Shown here piece by piece: positions 40,180 through 54,595 of a stretch of 64,000 nt of DNA (position 1 is the stretch's first letter; each line of letters begins with the position of its first letter). Origin of the DNA: Octopus sinensis (lineage: Eukaryota); contig NC_043001.1 in assembly GCF_006345805.1 (NCBI RefSeq), positions 120,962,001-121,026,000 of the forward strand, written 5' to 3'. Below the pieces are notes generated by a model. The model did not search any database. It was not told where the DNA came from and saw only the letters and a program-made list of their open reading frames with translations. The translations under genes and the position numbers were made by a program.

Positions 40180-42099
40180 CCATGTTTCCCCGAAAATAAG
40201 ACCTTGCATGATTTTTTCAGGATGATTTTAACATAAGCCCTTCCCTTAAAATAAGCCCTAGCGGAGAGCGGTAGGCAGACGAAAGCAAGAAGCAGCCTCT
40301 TCACATTGATTCAAACCGCTTTGTTGCGCTGTATACACTGTTCAAAATATCTTCACAAAATCTATCCTGGTGTCTCTTTCATAACTCATATATTAACAAG
40401 CTATACATCAATCGACAGCCCATGTTTGGAGCTTCCAAATGTGTCATGCAACATTTTCCTGAGTGGTCAGTACTGGTTAGTAGATGCAAAAAACAATAAA
40501 GTGCACATTTGCTTTCAGGGCAAAAATCTCCCAGAAAACAACATGATGAAATCATTTGTCAGATCATTTTCACCCCAAGACAAGATGAGTGCAAGAAGAA
40601 GGAGTTATTCTATCGAGAATAAAATCAAGAAAGAAATCGTGGAGGAATCAATGGGCAAGAATCTTACTGTTTTCTGCAAAGGAAAGAATTTGGATCTCTG
40701 AATGGTTCGAAAATGACGAGTAGACTACAATTAAATTCAGTCAACAAGTGGATGAGGGAAATGCAAAGAAGCCCAAGTGTGGATCAAGTCGGTGACCAGT
40801 ATTTTCTGAGCTGGAAGACGTCATCTGTGAATGGGTTGCTGACAGGAGAGCAAAGGCTTAGGTTGTTCGCAGGACCGATATTCAAGCATTTGCCCTTGTA
40901 AATGCACCACTGTTTGGTGCATTTCCAGAAGAATTCAAAGCATCGCAACATTGGCTGGATGGTCTCCTTCAGAGACATGAACTTTCTCTGAGAAGGCTGC
41001 CAACACTTCAAACTGGAAGATACCGAGATTATTAAACGTGCACTTGCATTTAAGTCGTTTGTTGATGGGATACACTTTTCTAAATACCGCCTTTCCAACA
41101 TGATTACTATGGATGAAACTGCAGTGTTCATGGGCCAAGGATCATAATGGACAATTGATCAAAGAGGTGCGTCGTCAATCTACATTCCCTTCACTGCTTA
41201 CGAGTTACGTGTATCTTGGCAATTCGTCTCGATGGAAGTAAAGTCCTTCTGCTAATCATCACTAAGGGTAGGAAGGATAAAATTGAACGCTTTTCTGGTA
41301 TCTGTGTTCTGGAAACTGAAAAGGCGTAGAGCACACAGACAGTTTTAAGAAAGTGGATCAATTTCATGCTGCCACTTATTTTGCGAGGAGGCCAAAGATA
41401 GTCTGGGATTCAGCCAACACGCACTGTGCAAAAGATATGAAGAACTTCCTTGCAGAAAGAAGAATAGATCAAATCATGATACCAACAGGAATGACAGCTT
41501 ATTTCCAGACTCTTGACATTGCAATAAATAAATCATTCAAGGACCATTTATGCATGGATATTAATGACTGCACTGAAATCAGAATGGAGAGAAATCAGAG
41601 TGGAAATTTTGTGAAAGCCAGCCTGCAAGAGATCGTGACTTGGATGACAAATTCATGAAACAAAATCACAGACAGCTGTGTTGCCAATGCACTACGAGCA
41701 GGCTACCTGGACAAGAACTTCTCATTCAATGAGAACTTTATTGCTCGACATGAGAGATTGGAAACGAAAGTTCTGCAGGAAATGGAGTCACACAAAACTC
41801 AGCAGGAATTTTGGAATCCGGTGATTTGCAGAACAATGACATTCCAGAGGACGATGACATGACTGTTTTTCAATAAATTGTTGTTAATGAGTTTCTGAGT
41901 AAAAGAACATGTAAATCGTTAAGTAAATGTAGATCGCTTTTCATAATTTCTGTTTATTTAGTAATTTCGTAATTTTCTCTTTCATAATGTCGTTTTTCGG
42001 TACATGAAAAAAATATGAACTCCCCTGAAAACAAGCCCTAGTGCGTCATTTCGGAGTGAAAATTAACATAATCCCTGTCTTATTTTCGGAGAAATACAG
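40180..42099 (+). mobile_element. pogo-superfamily (DD35D) transposon, full length; decayed transposase ~40585-41876
   Basis: TIR ccatgtttccccgaaaataagac / gtcttattttcggagaaatacag|ta. CENP-B-type HTH (FKASQHWL), TMDETAV, VWDSANTH and QTLDIAIN with a 35-residue spacer. Confidence 0.9.
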
Positions 42100-42556
42100 T
42101 ATATATACAAATGTGCATCCAATAAATTGATGAAACAACGTTCAATGAATGTAGCAGTTAGGAATCTTTTATAAGTAACTTGCTTACTATGAAAATAGTT
42201 CAAGAAATTTAAATCACTACATATGATTAATGTGTATTTACGTCCTCGTAACATAGCCATTCGACAAGAGAAATTGATAAAATAAGTATCTATCTGTGTG
42301 TATACAAAAGAGACCGGTAAAATAAGTATCAGTATTTGTGTGTATACGGAAAGAGGAGTGAGAGAGAGGGGAAGGGGATGGGATGTAGTGATGCTGATTA
42401 TATCAATAATGTAGGTAAAGGGGGGGGGGGAAACACAGGGAAATATTTTGCAAGTGAAATCCAAAATACTTCAAGACAGTATTCCAACATAACCGCAGAC
42501 CAATGACTGAAGCAAATAGAAGATAAAAGAAGATACGGTATAATATTACCTGTAAT

Positions 42557-45500
42557 CAGTGGCAGGCAGGGCACTTGCCATGAGCCCAGTCCTGAGGGGG
42601 GGGGGGGCTATTTTGAGTCATGAATCAGTGAAGTAACTTAATTTTGGAAAACTTTTCAGTCCATTCATGCAAATACATTTACGCTGAGGCAAATTCTGTT
42701 GATGTGTGGGTGGTCTCAAGAATGTGGGCCAATGCATTGTTAGTCGCATTTTGCAACACCCTCTCCAGAAAACCACCCCACCACGATATTTGTTGTTTTG
42801 AAACAAGAACTATGCGGTAAACCAAAGTGCCCCACCCCTGCAAGTTAATATCCTTCTGCCTTCAGACCATCATCGGTGCACTTCTCCCTCTACACTCGCT
42901 TGTCAAAGTATCCATTCGCAAGATTTTTAATTGGTTACCAGCCAAGTAAGCCATTTGAGCTGTACACCTCCTTGCAAATTAGCCCGCAGCTTAGTCAGAA
43001 GTAGCTACTTCCCCTTAACGTTTAAAGGTCCATATGTATAGCTATTTGGCTGACAGTTGTCAACGTTCTCAGCAAACAATTAGTTGTTCCGGCAACTTCA
43101 GACCGTTAATCTTTACTCTGACGATCTTCTTGGCGCTTTTATCTTCTTGGGAATTAATCGTTACGTTTCTTGCTTGCTCAAAGTTGATCATACTTGCGTA
43201 AGTAAATGTTGCCGATATTCTTATGCCTATGCACAGTGGTAGATTTAGTTTCAAAAAGGGTCTGAAAGATTGTTTCTGAAATGATTTTTTTCAAGCAGAG
43301 TAATTTTTCCATGTTAAAACGCAAACATGAGCCAAATTTATTTACACGTTTTCTAACAGACACACTCAAAACCAGCCAATTAAAAATCTTTAATTTTGAT
43401 GCATTATTATTTTTCCAACACTGCAATGGCTCGAAATAATCGGCTTTTTACTGAAAATATTGTGAAACTGTCAAAATTGTATCGCATACAGAAAAAATTG
43501 TCAACAGTATATTCAATATTGTAAAACTCAATATTTATTCCCCGGGATGAATTGAGATTGTTATTTTGCCACAGTGGTATGCAGTGTTACTTGCTCTATC
43601 TGATGTAAAAGAATTAAAGCGCGTAGATCTACGTAGAGCGAAGTTATCCGGGATAATATTCTTTAATCTTCATAGCTATACTGACTTTGACGAAGATCGT
43701 TCATACATTATGCTCACCCAGTTGCTGTAATAAGTAAGAATAGTGCCTTTAAATTTTTCGCAGTCATTTTAGCATATTACCTCAATAATAGATAATTTCT
43801 CAAGAATGAGTTTGTTTTCACATCATTTAATGATATTTTATAGAGAAGTAAGTAGTATATTCCATGAAATAAAAGTCGATATTATTTTCCCGCAGTGACT
43901 TGGGATGTTTATTTTTCCACCGTTGTGTGCAGCGTTACTTAATCTATCTAATACAAAAAGATTGAAGTGGGCAGATCTGCAGAGAGAAAAGTTATTGTAC
44001 ATAGCATGCTTTAATACAGCTATATTGCTTGCAATGAATGATGCTTATATGCTCACCTAGAACATATTTGAAATAAAAATGGTCTATGCAAAGATGTTTT
44101 CATAGTTACTTAGTCATTTTTCATAAGTACGACATTAAAAAATAGAAAAGATCTTAGGAATGTGCATTCAATCGAATGTATGCGATTATTGGCTCGGTCA
44201 TATAACTGGCTTTTGTGCTGTAACGCATTGAGCCAATGCGTTAGAAGCTTCATATAACGCCGTCTGTGAGTCATACCCTGTTGTACATCGATCATTATAA
44301 TCATTGACATACGTTGCTCCAATATCCACCAAAAAATTCAAAACTTTTTAAAAAATTAACTCGATAAATAGTTTTGACGTGTTTAACGGGCAAATCTACC
44401 ACTGTACTACTTTTGGATTTTTTCATGATTTTTTCAATCAATTGTTTCTTGCTTTTAGAAAATCGTTATAAAAACATGAAAAGACCATTAGCTAAAAAAG
44501 AAAGTCGAGCAGAAGGGCGAAAAAGACGCAAGTTGGAGGCAGAAGAATCTAAGAAGTTGGGTAAAGTCTTCATGTCCCTCTTTGTAAAACATGCCAATAG
44601 TTCTTCAACCTACCAAGAGGTCGCCTAGAGTTCAACCGCGCATTTTATTGTCTAATACTGCTTCTTGCAACAGTCCACCTCAAACCGACACAGAAGACAA
44701 TTGTCTTAAGTCTGGCAACGGTGAAAACAAACCTGAAATCAAGACGGTCGGAAATACTAACACTGCACTTGAAGAAGTGATCGAACAGCATGACATTGGG
44801 CTCCTTAATTTTGACACGAATACCGGGAAGGCGACAGTTCCTGAATATTGGAGGATAGAAATAGTTAAACTAAGCTGGAAATATTTTCAGAACTGTGAAG
44901 GACCTTTCTTGCCAACAAATAACCGCTCAATAAATAAAAACTGGTTCAAAAGGAAATTGGGAAAAGGTCGAGGTGAGGAGAGTGTTCGCTCATGGCTACT
45001 CTATTCTCCTCATAAGAAGTCTGCATTCTATTTGTGTTGTCTACTTTTTTCCCGGTCAGATTATCAATCGTCATTAGAACAGGAAAGCGCCTGAGTGAAT
45101 GTTGGTTCATGAAAACGCTAAGAATCATCGAGATAGTTTCACACAGTGGAAAGAAATCTAACCGATAACAAGTGTTTCATAGACGCTGCTCTCAAGTCAC
45201 AAATCGACCATGAAAAGCAAAGATGGAGTGATGTTTTGAGAATTCTGCATTGCATTAAATTTCTTGCAACTCAGAATTTGGTTTCTGCGAGGTCATAGAG
45301 TCACTTCAGTTGACTGAAGACCCAAACATCGGTAATTTCCTTGGTTTGCTCAAGCTTTTGGCCACCTTTGATCCCGTCATGAAAGAACACCTTTGCTATG
45401 TAGAGAGTTACCCTGGATCGACATTTTACCTTTCACCCGATGTTCAGAATAAATTTATTTACCTCATAGCAACAGCCGTTCATCAGAATCTGCTAAAGGG

Positions 45501-46576
45501 CATTTGCAGGCCCGTATATTATGGTCTCATGTTCGACACAACGCCTGATAGAGCACATCGTGAGCAGATTTCGCAGGTAGTAAGGTATGTTGAAGTTGAC
45601 CTCGAAAGAAAAGGATGCAGAAAAAGATGCAAAATATTTAATTTTGAAGCAGTTGGCTGATGACAAAATGGCATTGGAAGATTGTAGGTCCCAGTGCTAT
45701 GATAATGCAGCTGTGATGGCTGGGAACAGAAGCAAGGTCCAGCAGAGAATCAACGAAAAGAACAAATTGGCCCTATTCGTAAATTGTGACACCCATTCGT
45801 TAAACTTAGTCGGCCTACACGCAGCTAAACACGAGTTGCTGACATCTGCATTTTTTGGCGCAATCCAAACACTACGTATTCTTTTCTCGTTCAACACACC
45901 GCCGGGAAAAACTGAAGGCCATAATGCCTGTGGTTCTTAAGTCGCAATCTGAAACGAGATGGAGTGCTCGGATGGATGCAGTTTTGCGGATCTCCGAACA
46001 CGTTGCAATACCTTTGGAAATGTCTACAGCAACGATATCGATGCAACCGAACTTTTCAAAGAAATCCTCGATTGCAAAATGCTACTTGCAAGTCGCGAAC
46101 ACCTCCAAATATCAAATCCTGAGGAGCTTCTCCAATTTATCGTTCAGTATGGAGGTGAATGTGTTCCCTAACTTTCGCGTCACGATACAGATTCTGCTGA
46201 CAGTAGCTGTTTCCATTACTGGTTGCGAGAGATCCTTCAGCAAGCTGAACCTAATCATGTCCTTCCTGTGAGCTTCTATGACACAAAGAAAACTCCGTGA
46301 CATTGCGTTGCTGAGCAGCGATCGAGAAGTGGAGAACACCAATTTCGACTGTATCATTGACAACTTCGCGTCGAAGAAAGCTAGAAGGGCTCTCCTTTAA
46401 AATAGTCAATGTCTACTTTCTGAATAAATAAATTTTATGAATATTTTCTGACTAAATAACTGTTTCTTTTCTCTTAAAAATGGGTCGGATGGGTTAGAGG
46501 TTTGGAAATTGGGTGAGGGGGGGAGTCGCAAATTTTGGCTTAGCCCTGGGCGCCATTTACCCTAGCTACGCCACTG
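42557..46576 (+). mobile_element. hAT (Tip100/ZMYM1-like) transposon with an 8-bp TSD
   Basis: Starts cagtggc, ends ctagctacgccactg; TSD cctgtaat (42549-56) versus catgtaat (46577-84). Confidence 0.85.
44476..46400 (+). pseudogene. hAT transposase, with frameshifts and an internal deletion
   Basis: TTF zinc-finger-like RSWLLYSP.KKSAFY.CCLLF; DUF4371-like GNFLGLLKLLA, YLSPDVQN, MFDTTPD; QCYDNAAVMAG, VNCDTHSLNL, TRWSAR; dimerisation motif VSITGCERSFSKL. Confidence 0.9.
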
Positions 46577-47167
46577 CATGTAATATATGGAGTTGAGAAA
46601 CTTTGGATAAATGAACTTATCCATTATTTTTTATTTTTTTACTTATTTCAGTCATGCTTCAAATAATCCATGTAGACAATAGACAAAAACTCCTAAGTTT
46701 GTTTTAAATTTAAAAGCAACAAGCAAGGAAGGTAATTCCAATAACATTAGTCCTTGTAATTTTTGGTAACATTAGTGAATGTAAAAGGGTGTTCTTTTAC
46801 TTTGCTTTGTTTCTTTATTTTGTTGGAATTGCAATTATTTAGGAGGAAAATGAGCGCAAGAGAAACAAATGTAAGGGAAATAACTCAAAGGTTTTTCTAA
46901 CAGGCACACAGTGAAATAGTATTTGACTGGGAGTTTATGTTATCGACCTCGTAAAAGATAAAATACAAAGTCGATTTTAACAGGATTTTAAATACAGAAA
47001 ATAATAAATAAATAAAATTAAATATTTAAATAAACATGTCAAATGTGACTGAAAGTTGAAAAATTAAAATTTGGACCAACAACAATGGGGAATGGAAATA
47101 ATTCTATCTTGAGCTTCTTGAACTTCCGAAACGAATGAGTCGATGTTTCGCTATAGGAAAATCGTGC

Positions 47168-47385
47168 AAGGCGGCGACTGGCAGAAACGTTAGGCAAAAT
47201 GCTTGGCGGCATTTTGTCAGTCTTTACCTTCTGGGCTCAAAGTCCGCCGAGGTCGACTTTGCCTTCCATCCTTTCGGGGTCGATAAAATAAATACCACAA
47301 TAAATAGCACTAGGGTCAATGTGATAGACTTCCTCCCACCCAACGAACGTGCTGACTTTGGGTCAAAATTTGAAACCAATATTAA
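47168..47385 (+). mobile_element. CORE-type tRNA-SINE
   Basis: aaggcggcga.ctggcagaa head; gccgaggtcgactttgcc core; tttgaaaccaatatta tail. Confidence 0.8.
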
Positions 47386-47539
47386 GAGAAGTTGAAAGTC
47401 TTACTTCTTTATTCTCAAAGTAAACTCAAATGTGTGAGAAGTCGGTGGCATCAGAAGAATCTGGTTTGATGACATATGAAGAAATCACAGAACAAAGCAT
47501 ATTACTTTTTCATCAATTAGTATGTGCTGCAGATAAATT

Positions 47540-47626
47540 TAGTAGTTAATTCCAATTTGCACATTTCAGGTTACATCTTCTATTAGTAGTTAATTCCAAT
47601 TTGCACATTTCAGGTTACATCTTCTA
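47540..47626. repeat. Perfect tandem duplication, period 44 bp
   Basis: tagtagttaattccaatttgcacatttcaggttacatcttcta occurs twice. Confidence 0.9.
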
Positions 47627-48522
47627 GACTTTTGAATGTCTTTATTAAATATAAATATCTGAAAAACATTAAATTAGTGATTCTTACAATGAAAGTAATT
47701 GCAAAACAACTGACATTTAACTAGGAGGGAAGACAACATAACGAACGAATCTTTATGATGAAATCACTTAGGATTTACATCTGATGGTTTGGAATTCCTA
47801 ATGGTGCAATGTATTCACATAAGAAAGACATTTTCTATCAGCAAAGGTAGAATTATAACTAAATTAGAAATATTAAACTTAATGGTAGTTCATGATACAG
47901 TATATTTCTCATATCTACAGATTCTGCTAGCCAATCGTTTCTCACCCACCGTGCAGGAAAACAGACTAAATGATTTTGATGATCAACAGAAGAGCTACTG
48001 TTTATCAGCAGACAGTATGCGATCTCTGTAGAAAATATTTCTGAAGACTGGTGCATGTTCAAAACCATAGAAGATGGACTTAATAATTCGAAATATTTGT
48101 AATTAAATGTTATAACTATCCTGACATATTCGTTGGCATGAGTTGTAAGAGTATTCTTGTTTAAGAACTCTGTCAGAACAAGCATCATTAATTCTGTAAA
48201 AGAGAAATTATTTGTAAAGCGATTTACTTGGAACCCGGAGAAGAATTAATCAAGGACTTGGAAAAAGATTCTTCTTCAAAATAAAAAAAGGAACAAATGA
48301 AAGCTAAAATAACAAATAGTTTACTCTTTCAATAAAGATTAAAGGTGAAGGAATAACCTTCATCTAAACGTAAACTACAAAAATAATTCTATTTAAATTT
48401 TACATTAATGTATTTTGGAGCGCGTGTGAGTTTGGCCGAATTGTTATTTAGTTATACGAAATATCCAACTGGAAGTTGTTTCAACCTATGTAACCGCTTC
48501 GCTGCCTTTTGCGTATAAATTC

Positions 48523-48730
48523 TAAGGCGGCGAGCTGGCAGAATCGTTAACACGCCGGACATAATGCTTAGCAGCATTTCGTCCGTCTTTAACGTTCAGA
48601 GTTCGCCTTTGCCTTTCATTCTTTCGAGGTCGATAAAATAAGTACCAGTTATGCACTGGAGTCGATGTAATCAGCTTGCCCTCTCTTCTAAACTTGCTGG
48701 CCTTGTGCCAAAGTTTGAAACCAATATTTA
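48523..48730 (+). mobile_element. CORE-type tRNA-SINE
   Basis: taaggcggcgagctggcagaatcgtta...ttgaaaccaatattta. Confidence 0.82.
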
Positions 48731-49256
48731 AGCATGTTTGGGTTTTCTTGTTTTGATTCTGGGTTTGTTTTGTTGGGCGAGGTTAATTGGGAGGGGCCAT
48801 AAAATCTCATTGACAAGCCCTTGAGGTTGAAGGCGCTTTACTAATACGGAATGTTGCAATTGCTGTAAGGGCCATAAAACATGTGCCACATTCAAACCAC
48901 TATTTCAGCACCGATGTCACCACATTAATCTTGTGTGAACACACGTCGAGTAAAAGAAAATCAATGAATGATAATTTAAACAGAAAACATTGATCAGGGG
49001 AGGCTACTCATATTTTTTTTCCTACCTTGAACCAAGAAATTAATATCTTCACACCACTCGCACTGGAACTTAGTAAAGCTCTAAGCTAGAAAATCTGTGC
49101 TCTTTTGAATAGGACGCGTAATGTCATATCTATATAAACATAGAAATTTTTTGACAAAATTGTAAACTCAACAATTGTTTTTATATCTCGATCAGAAAGT
49201 TGTCCATAGCTGCTCTAACCACAACCACATTGAACATACCAAAAGGACCTCGTATA

Positions 49257-50146
49257 CCGTAAATCCTCGAGTGTAATCCACCCTTGAGTATAATACGCAG
49301 GAAATTGGGGGGAGGGGCAGCACCTCTGTAAAACCTAAACTTTGTGTATAATACGCACCCCTTCTGTAACTTGAGTTAAGGTCTATATAACGTCCTTGGT
49401 TTGTAAAAATGTATACGGTAACCTCCTTTATTATTATTGTATACATAACATAATGCAAAGGTGTAGCTTTTTTGTGCATTTTGTTTGTAGAAAATAAAGA
49501 AATAACAGTAATAATGTCAGTGAAAAATAAATATTAAGTAAATTGCCTTTACATATCAGTTGCAAAAGCAAAAACATTTATTCAAATCCTTCAAATTCAA
49601 CGTCACTTTCAGCATCAAATAACTGTTCCATTTGTTCCTTCGTAAACATGTCAGCATCCTTGTAGTGTAAATCTCCGTCATCGTCAGATTCATAGTCAAC
49701 ATCAGAAGATTCACTTTCATTTATTTCATCTTTGCATACAACGTCACCCTGAGTACCATCCAGTGCAGACGATATACAACATTTGATGAAACTTTTTATA
49801 ATAATCTGGGGATCAAGTTCATTCCATGCATACACGATCCATTTGCATATTAAAGTCAGGTCGGGAGCGCAAACCTTTCCACCTTTAGTGAACGACTTTT
49901 CTCCAGTCGACATCCATTCAGTCCATAAATCACTTTTGTGACTTCATTGCTTTCAGGCTTAGTTTAAGGTATTTTCGCGTCCGACATCACAAAATGCGTC
50001 TGAATAAACATTGCCGGACAGTAAATAGAGATTCGACATTGCTTAGAAAATATTTTTCATTTTAAAAATCGTATATAGTACGCACTAGGGATTATGACCT
50101 TTAAATTTGGAGGGAAAAAGCGCGGGTTATACTTGAGGATTTACGG
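49257..50146 (-). mobile_element. Internally deleted pogo-type transposon (C-terminal transposase remnant 49578-49913)
   Basis: ta|ccgtaaatcctc...gaggatttacgg|ta; FTKGG..APDLTLICKWIVYAWNEL..IIIKSFIKCCISSALDG and an acidic tail ending EFEGF. Confidence 0.85.
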
Positions 50147-52120
50147 TAATAAAACTGAGCACGCAAGTAACAACTATCTATCGAAAGAGTTTACTTCCAG
50201 TCATTATAGTGTAAGAAATATTAACGCACGTGGTCGCATTGTGTATGGAATACGATCGCACGTGGTCATATTCTTAACGAATTATTACAAGCCATAAATA
50301 CAATGTAGTACCAAAAGAACATAGGTGAATTGACGACAAAGCCGTTCCACTGTTTGAGAGAAGATAAGATTTTATTCACAATTGGTATTAATGTTAGAAG
50401 GTTGTGAGTGCTAGCAAGTGCGTGTGTGCATGCAACACGTGTTTGTGTCTGTGTGTGACAGATACAATAAGGGTGAAAGCGTGTAACATAGTAGGTACAG
50501 AGCATAGAGTTAATGATGGAAATTGATTTACTGTTCATGAGGTACACGAAGTGTAAGAGTTCAATATCAAGATGTTGTGTCTCGGAGCTGAGATTAGTTG
50601 AATCACTTGTGCTTATTTTTCTCTTGATATAGATATTCTTTCAGATATATATACTGCAACTGTAGTAGCTCTGTGGTCAGAGGTTTAGTCCTCATAAGGA
50701 CTAGAAACCAAAGATGCAAGTATACTGAAAACACTCCCTTATATACAAGTAAGGTGGCTCAACAGAGCCTAGGAAATGGGACCTTAACCAAAGGCCGTGA
50801 TTGGTTGGCTTTGGCCAGTGGCGCGAAATAAGTAGAGAGACAGACCGCGCTTAGATGTCAACCAATCAAGTTAGTGGTTACAACAACGTTAAACTAGCCA
50901 AAGATGTTTGTAATCTCAAACGAGATAATTCTTAATATTTCTCTCAAACGGTGAAGATAGCAACGAAGAAAACAATATTGCTACAATAGTTAAGTCGGGG
51001 CTTGTATACTTGTAGCGCCCTTCAGTCAAAGTATCTCACGATTGTAGAGGGTTCTAACTAATGCAATGATTCTTAAACTGACAAATACCAAACTTCCTTA
51101 AAAGTATTAGTGCGATTTTTAACCCTCCATCCCCCCTTTATTAATGAGAAGACATAATAGTTTGCATCCATATAATTCTTGGTTTTTTCTTTGTAATTCT
51201 TGTTTCTTGGGGGTGCTGCTTTTTTGTTTTTTGTTGCTTGGTGGGGGGGGGGGGCGTCTTAATACAAATTATTAAAAGTTGCAGGCATTTAAAGTTATGC
51301 AATTTTAGCCAACTGAACACTTCCATTACCCACATAACGGAAGCTGCAACTATTTGTTGTTGTGGTCACTCCCGTTTATGGTTGTGTCCGTGAGAAAAGG
51401 CACATCGCTGGACGGGAGTACTCTTTCTCTTAGCAGTTTGATTTTGCTTTTACATTACTGGGTGAAAAAGCTGACTACTGCTAGGTTTTGTATGGTGGAA
51501 TTAGGTATTAGTGGACCTACAGCTGTTGATTATAAAAATTGTGATCTATTTGAAAAAAAACTGTTGGCATGTATAAAATAATCTCGTTAGTGTTGGAAAA
51601 ATTAAATTTGAAATACTTTTAAGTGGTTGGAAGAAAATTTAGATCCCGTACTAGTAGTTATTGCCAAGTCACAAAAATTCTGATTAAAATAGATGTTCTA
51701 ACTTTGACCATTCCCGTCTTTTTCCGAATCTAGAACATTGTCCTAACTGTCCTTTCTGTTTTAAGAGGGTAGGGTACAGTTGAGGAGATTTGACTGCTAT
51801 TTCTAGCAGATTGAGGGCGAGTAGAGGCTCCCTTTGGTTCGATAAAATTCGAGTAAAGAAGTGAAAGCAATTGAGTCAGCTATACTTGCACGCCACACCA
51901 CCTAGCAAATTAGGGGTGTTTATATTTCTGTTATGTTTTCAATGACGGGGTCAATCAAAGAAATTATAACAAACCCTCTCGATTTAACGGTGAACAGCGA
52001 CTTGTCACTAAACTCCGCCCACTTTCCAAACGTGTGTGTAAGTATGCGCGTGTGCGTAAGTTTATAACATTTTGCTGTCGACAGACACATCACTACAATT
52101 TTCGGCACCTTTATTTGATC

Positions 52121-52184
52121 CAGTGTAGCTATAATTTCGACACGGCCAAGCGGTCCTTAGATCTTTGAAATAATAGCTACACTG
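52121..52184. repeat. 64-bp mini inverted-repeat element (18-bp TIR, 17/18 match)
   Basis: cagtgtagctataatttc / gaaataatagctacactg; TA on the right flank only. Confidence 0.55.
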
Positions 52185-53977
52185 TAACGAACAAACCAGC
52201 ACATATATACACATCAACTTACTAACATTCATACCCATAAATCGGCTACTCAGACCTAGGCTTCTTCACGCAATTTGTGCGTGGGGTGTGTGTGTGTTTT
52301 GAAATTTTCATACATAATTGAAAACAAAAATATTCTCTCTCTCTTTCTCTCACGCTCTCTCTAATAAACAAAGAAAAATTATTAGAAATATTTAATATCC
52401 TATATACAATTAAATAGTTTGAGTGAATTAAATGAGAAAGTTTATTTAAAATAGATTTGTGAGGTTAGTCCAAAGATCTTTGGTGTGTTCAGTATTAATA
52501 AACACAACACTGATGGGAGTTTGGGTTTATGTGAATGACGAATAGAGAATTTATTATATATAGGAGGGTGCGTTAGTGGATAGATTTGACTTGGCTATTT
52601 CATACATGTAACAACGACATTTATGCCTAATGAAAAACTGAGAAAGTTATCTCAAACTCTGATCCAAATGATTCTAACAGAGTGGATTCTGTTAATGTCA
52701 CGCTAAAACTGAGTTCGTGTTAAATCAAAACTGCAGTTTAAGTTTAGTATCCAAGTACTGGAACACCAAGACGGGCTTTCAAAGGTTTTCGTTTACACAA
52801 TTTCATTGACAAGAATTAGGTTCGCTCGTGACTCTAGTAGAAAACAATTATCTAAAGTGCCGCGCTGTAGGATCAAACCTAAATCAATCGCGAAGCTAAC
52901 TTCTTAACCACACAGCCATCTGTTGAATTTGAACTTGAAATCTTGCTAATATTTAGAACGTATATAAATAAGCGACATGACTAAAATAAAATCAATTCTG
53001 AAATTGCGTTGCAGTATTTAGCTGGCCAGAAATTCATCGAATCTTCCTTCCACAGAAGTTTTTTTCTTTTTTCCACAACTTAGAAATAAACAATGAATTG
53101 TTAATAGATTGTTTTAAAAAGCTTCTCGCGATTAGTCCCATTCATAGGACTCAGAAGACATGACAAATCTAGAATCATGTTATGTCATGTTTTAATGGGT
53201 CGTGTTGAGTGATGATAATAGCAATCTGGCAACCCAGGCTTATGTCACAGCTATATCGTTGAGGTACACGTTTATTTCCAGGTTGGTTGGGATATGATAT
53301 TTTATAAAGATGCTCTAATATCTATCGTCTAAGTATCTTTTATATTTCTAGAAGCAGGAACCGTCTTGGTTGGAACAGGTAAAGTCCTATAAAAGACCGT
53401 ATTTTTTTTTTTTTTTTTTTGATGACACTATGAGTCTCATCATTTATTTTACTTCATTTATTATTGAATATTTTTGCTAAAGAATAATTGGAACTTTCCC
53501 GGTCCTTTAGTTATTAATTATTAATAATTAGTGTTAAAGCTAAATTTTAAAAAATAATGCTAAGGAGATAATGCAAAGGAGATTAGAAAATTGGATGTCA
53601 GTGTTGGATGCATCACCGTTTTTACGTCCGCTTTTACCATGCTTGTATGGGTTGGATGAGACCTTATTGAGACAGTAATCTATCGCTAACCCTGACCATA
53701 TTTTACCTATTTTGGTAAGACTTCCGCCTGTCACCCCCACCACCCCACCAAAAAAAAACACCCTTTTTTAAAATTAATTTTTTTTTTCACCCCCCCCCCC
53801 TTTTCGGCTACGGGCAATACAAATCTGCAAAAAAAATTGGCAAAAATCTGCATTTTTAAACTACCACCTCCACCCCTATTTCCTTCATTTTTTTCACTTT
53901 TTTCAGAATTAAAAAAAAAAATATGCGGAAAAATACGGAAAATATGATTCTGAAAAAAAAAATTCCAAAAATGCCGA

Positions 53978-54583
53978 GGATCTTTACCTTTTGACCGACA
54001 GATTTAAAAAATAATTTTTTGTAACTAAACACTTTCAAACTTCGGACACTGGTAGAATGTGTCATATAAAACATTTTTTACTCTTAGCATTTTTGAGAAA
54101 AACTTATATTTACGAAGTTATTTCACGTTAAAGTTGTCCTATTTCGGTTATTTCAACCAATCAATGACGTGTATTCCACTGAATAAAATTACTGCTGTTG
54201 TTTGTCAACAAGAACTTCCGGCGGTGGGTTTTTCGTTTGTCACTGTTATTTATGACAACCCTAACCCTAAAACCTTAAAACCAGTACAAACGCACGAACG
54301 ATGTCATAAATAACAGTGACAAACGAAAACTACACCGCCGGAAGTTCTTGTTGACAAACAACAGCAGTAATTTTATTCAGCTGAATACACGTCGTTGATT
54401 GGTTGAAATTACCGAAATACGACAACTTTAACGTGAAATAATTTCGTAAATACAAAAGTTTTTCTCAAAAATGCTAAGAGTAAAAGATGTTTTATATGAC
54501 ACATTCTACCAGTGTCCGAAGTTTGAAAGTGTTTAGTTACAAAAAATTATTTTTTTAATCTGTAGGTCAAGAGGTAAAGATCC
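53978..54583. mobile_element. 606-bp fold-back element (~280-bp arms, 44-bp loop containing AACCCT repeats)
   Basis: 53978-54257 is the reverse complement of 54302-54583 at high identity; termini GGATCTTTACC. Confidence 0.9.
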
Positions 54584-54595
54584 ATTTTTTTTTTT

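Noticed and set aside
50690-50710. AGTCC-loop-GGACT-AGAAAC resembling hammerhead stem II
   Set aside because: No CUGANGA core upstream.
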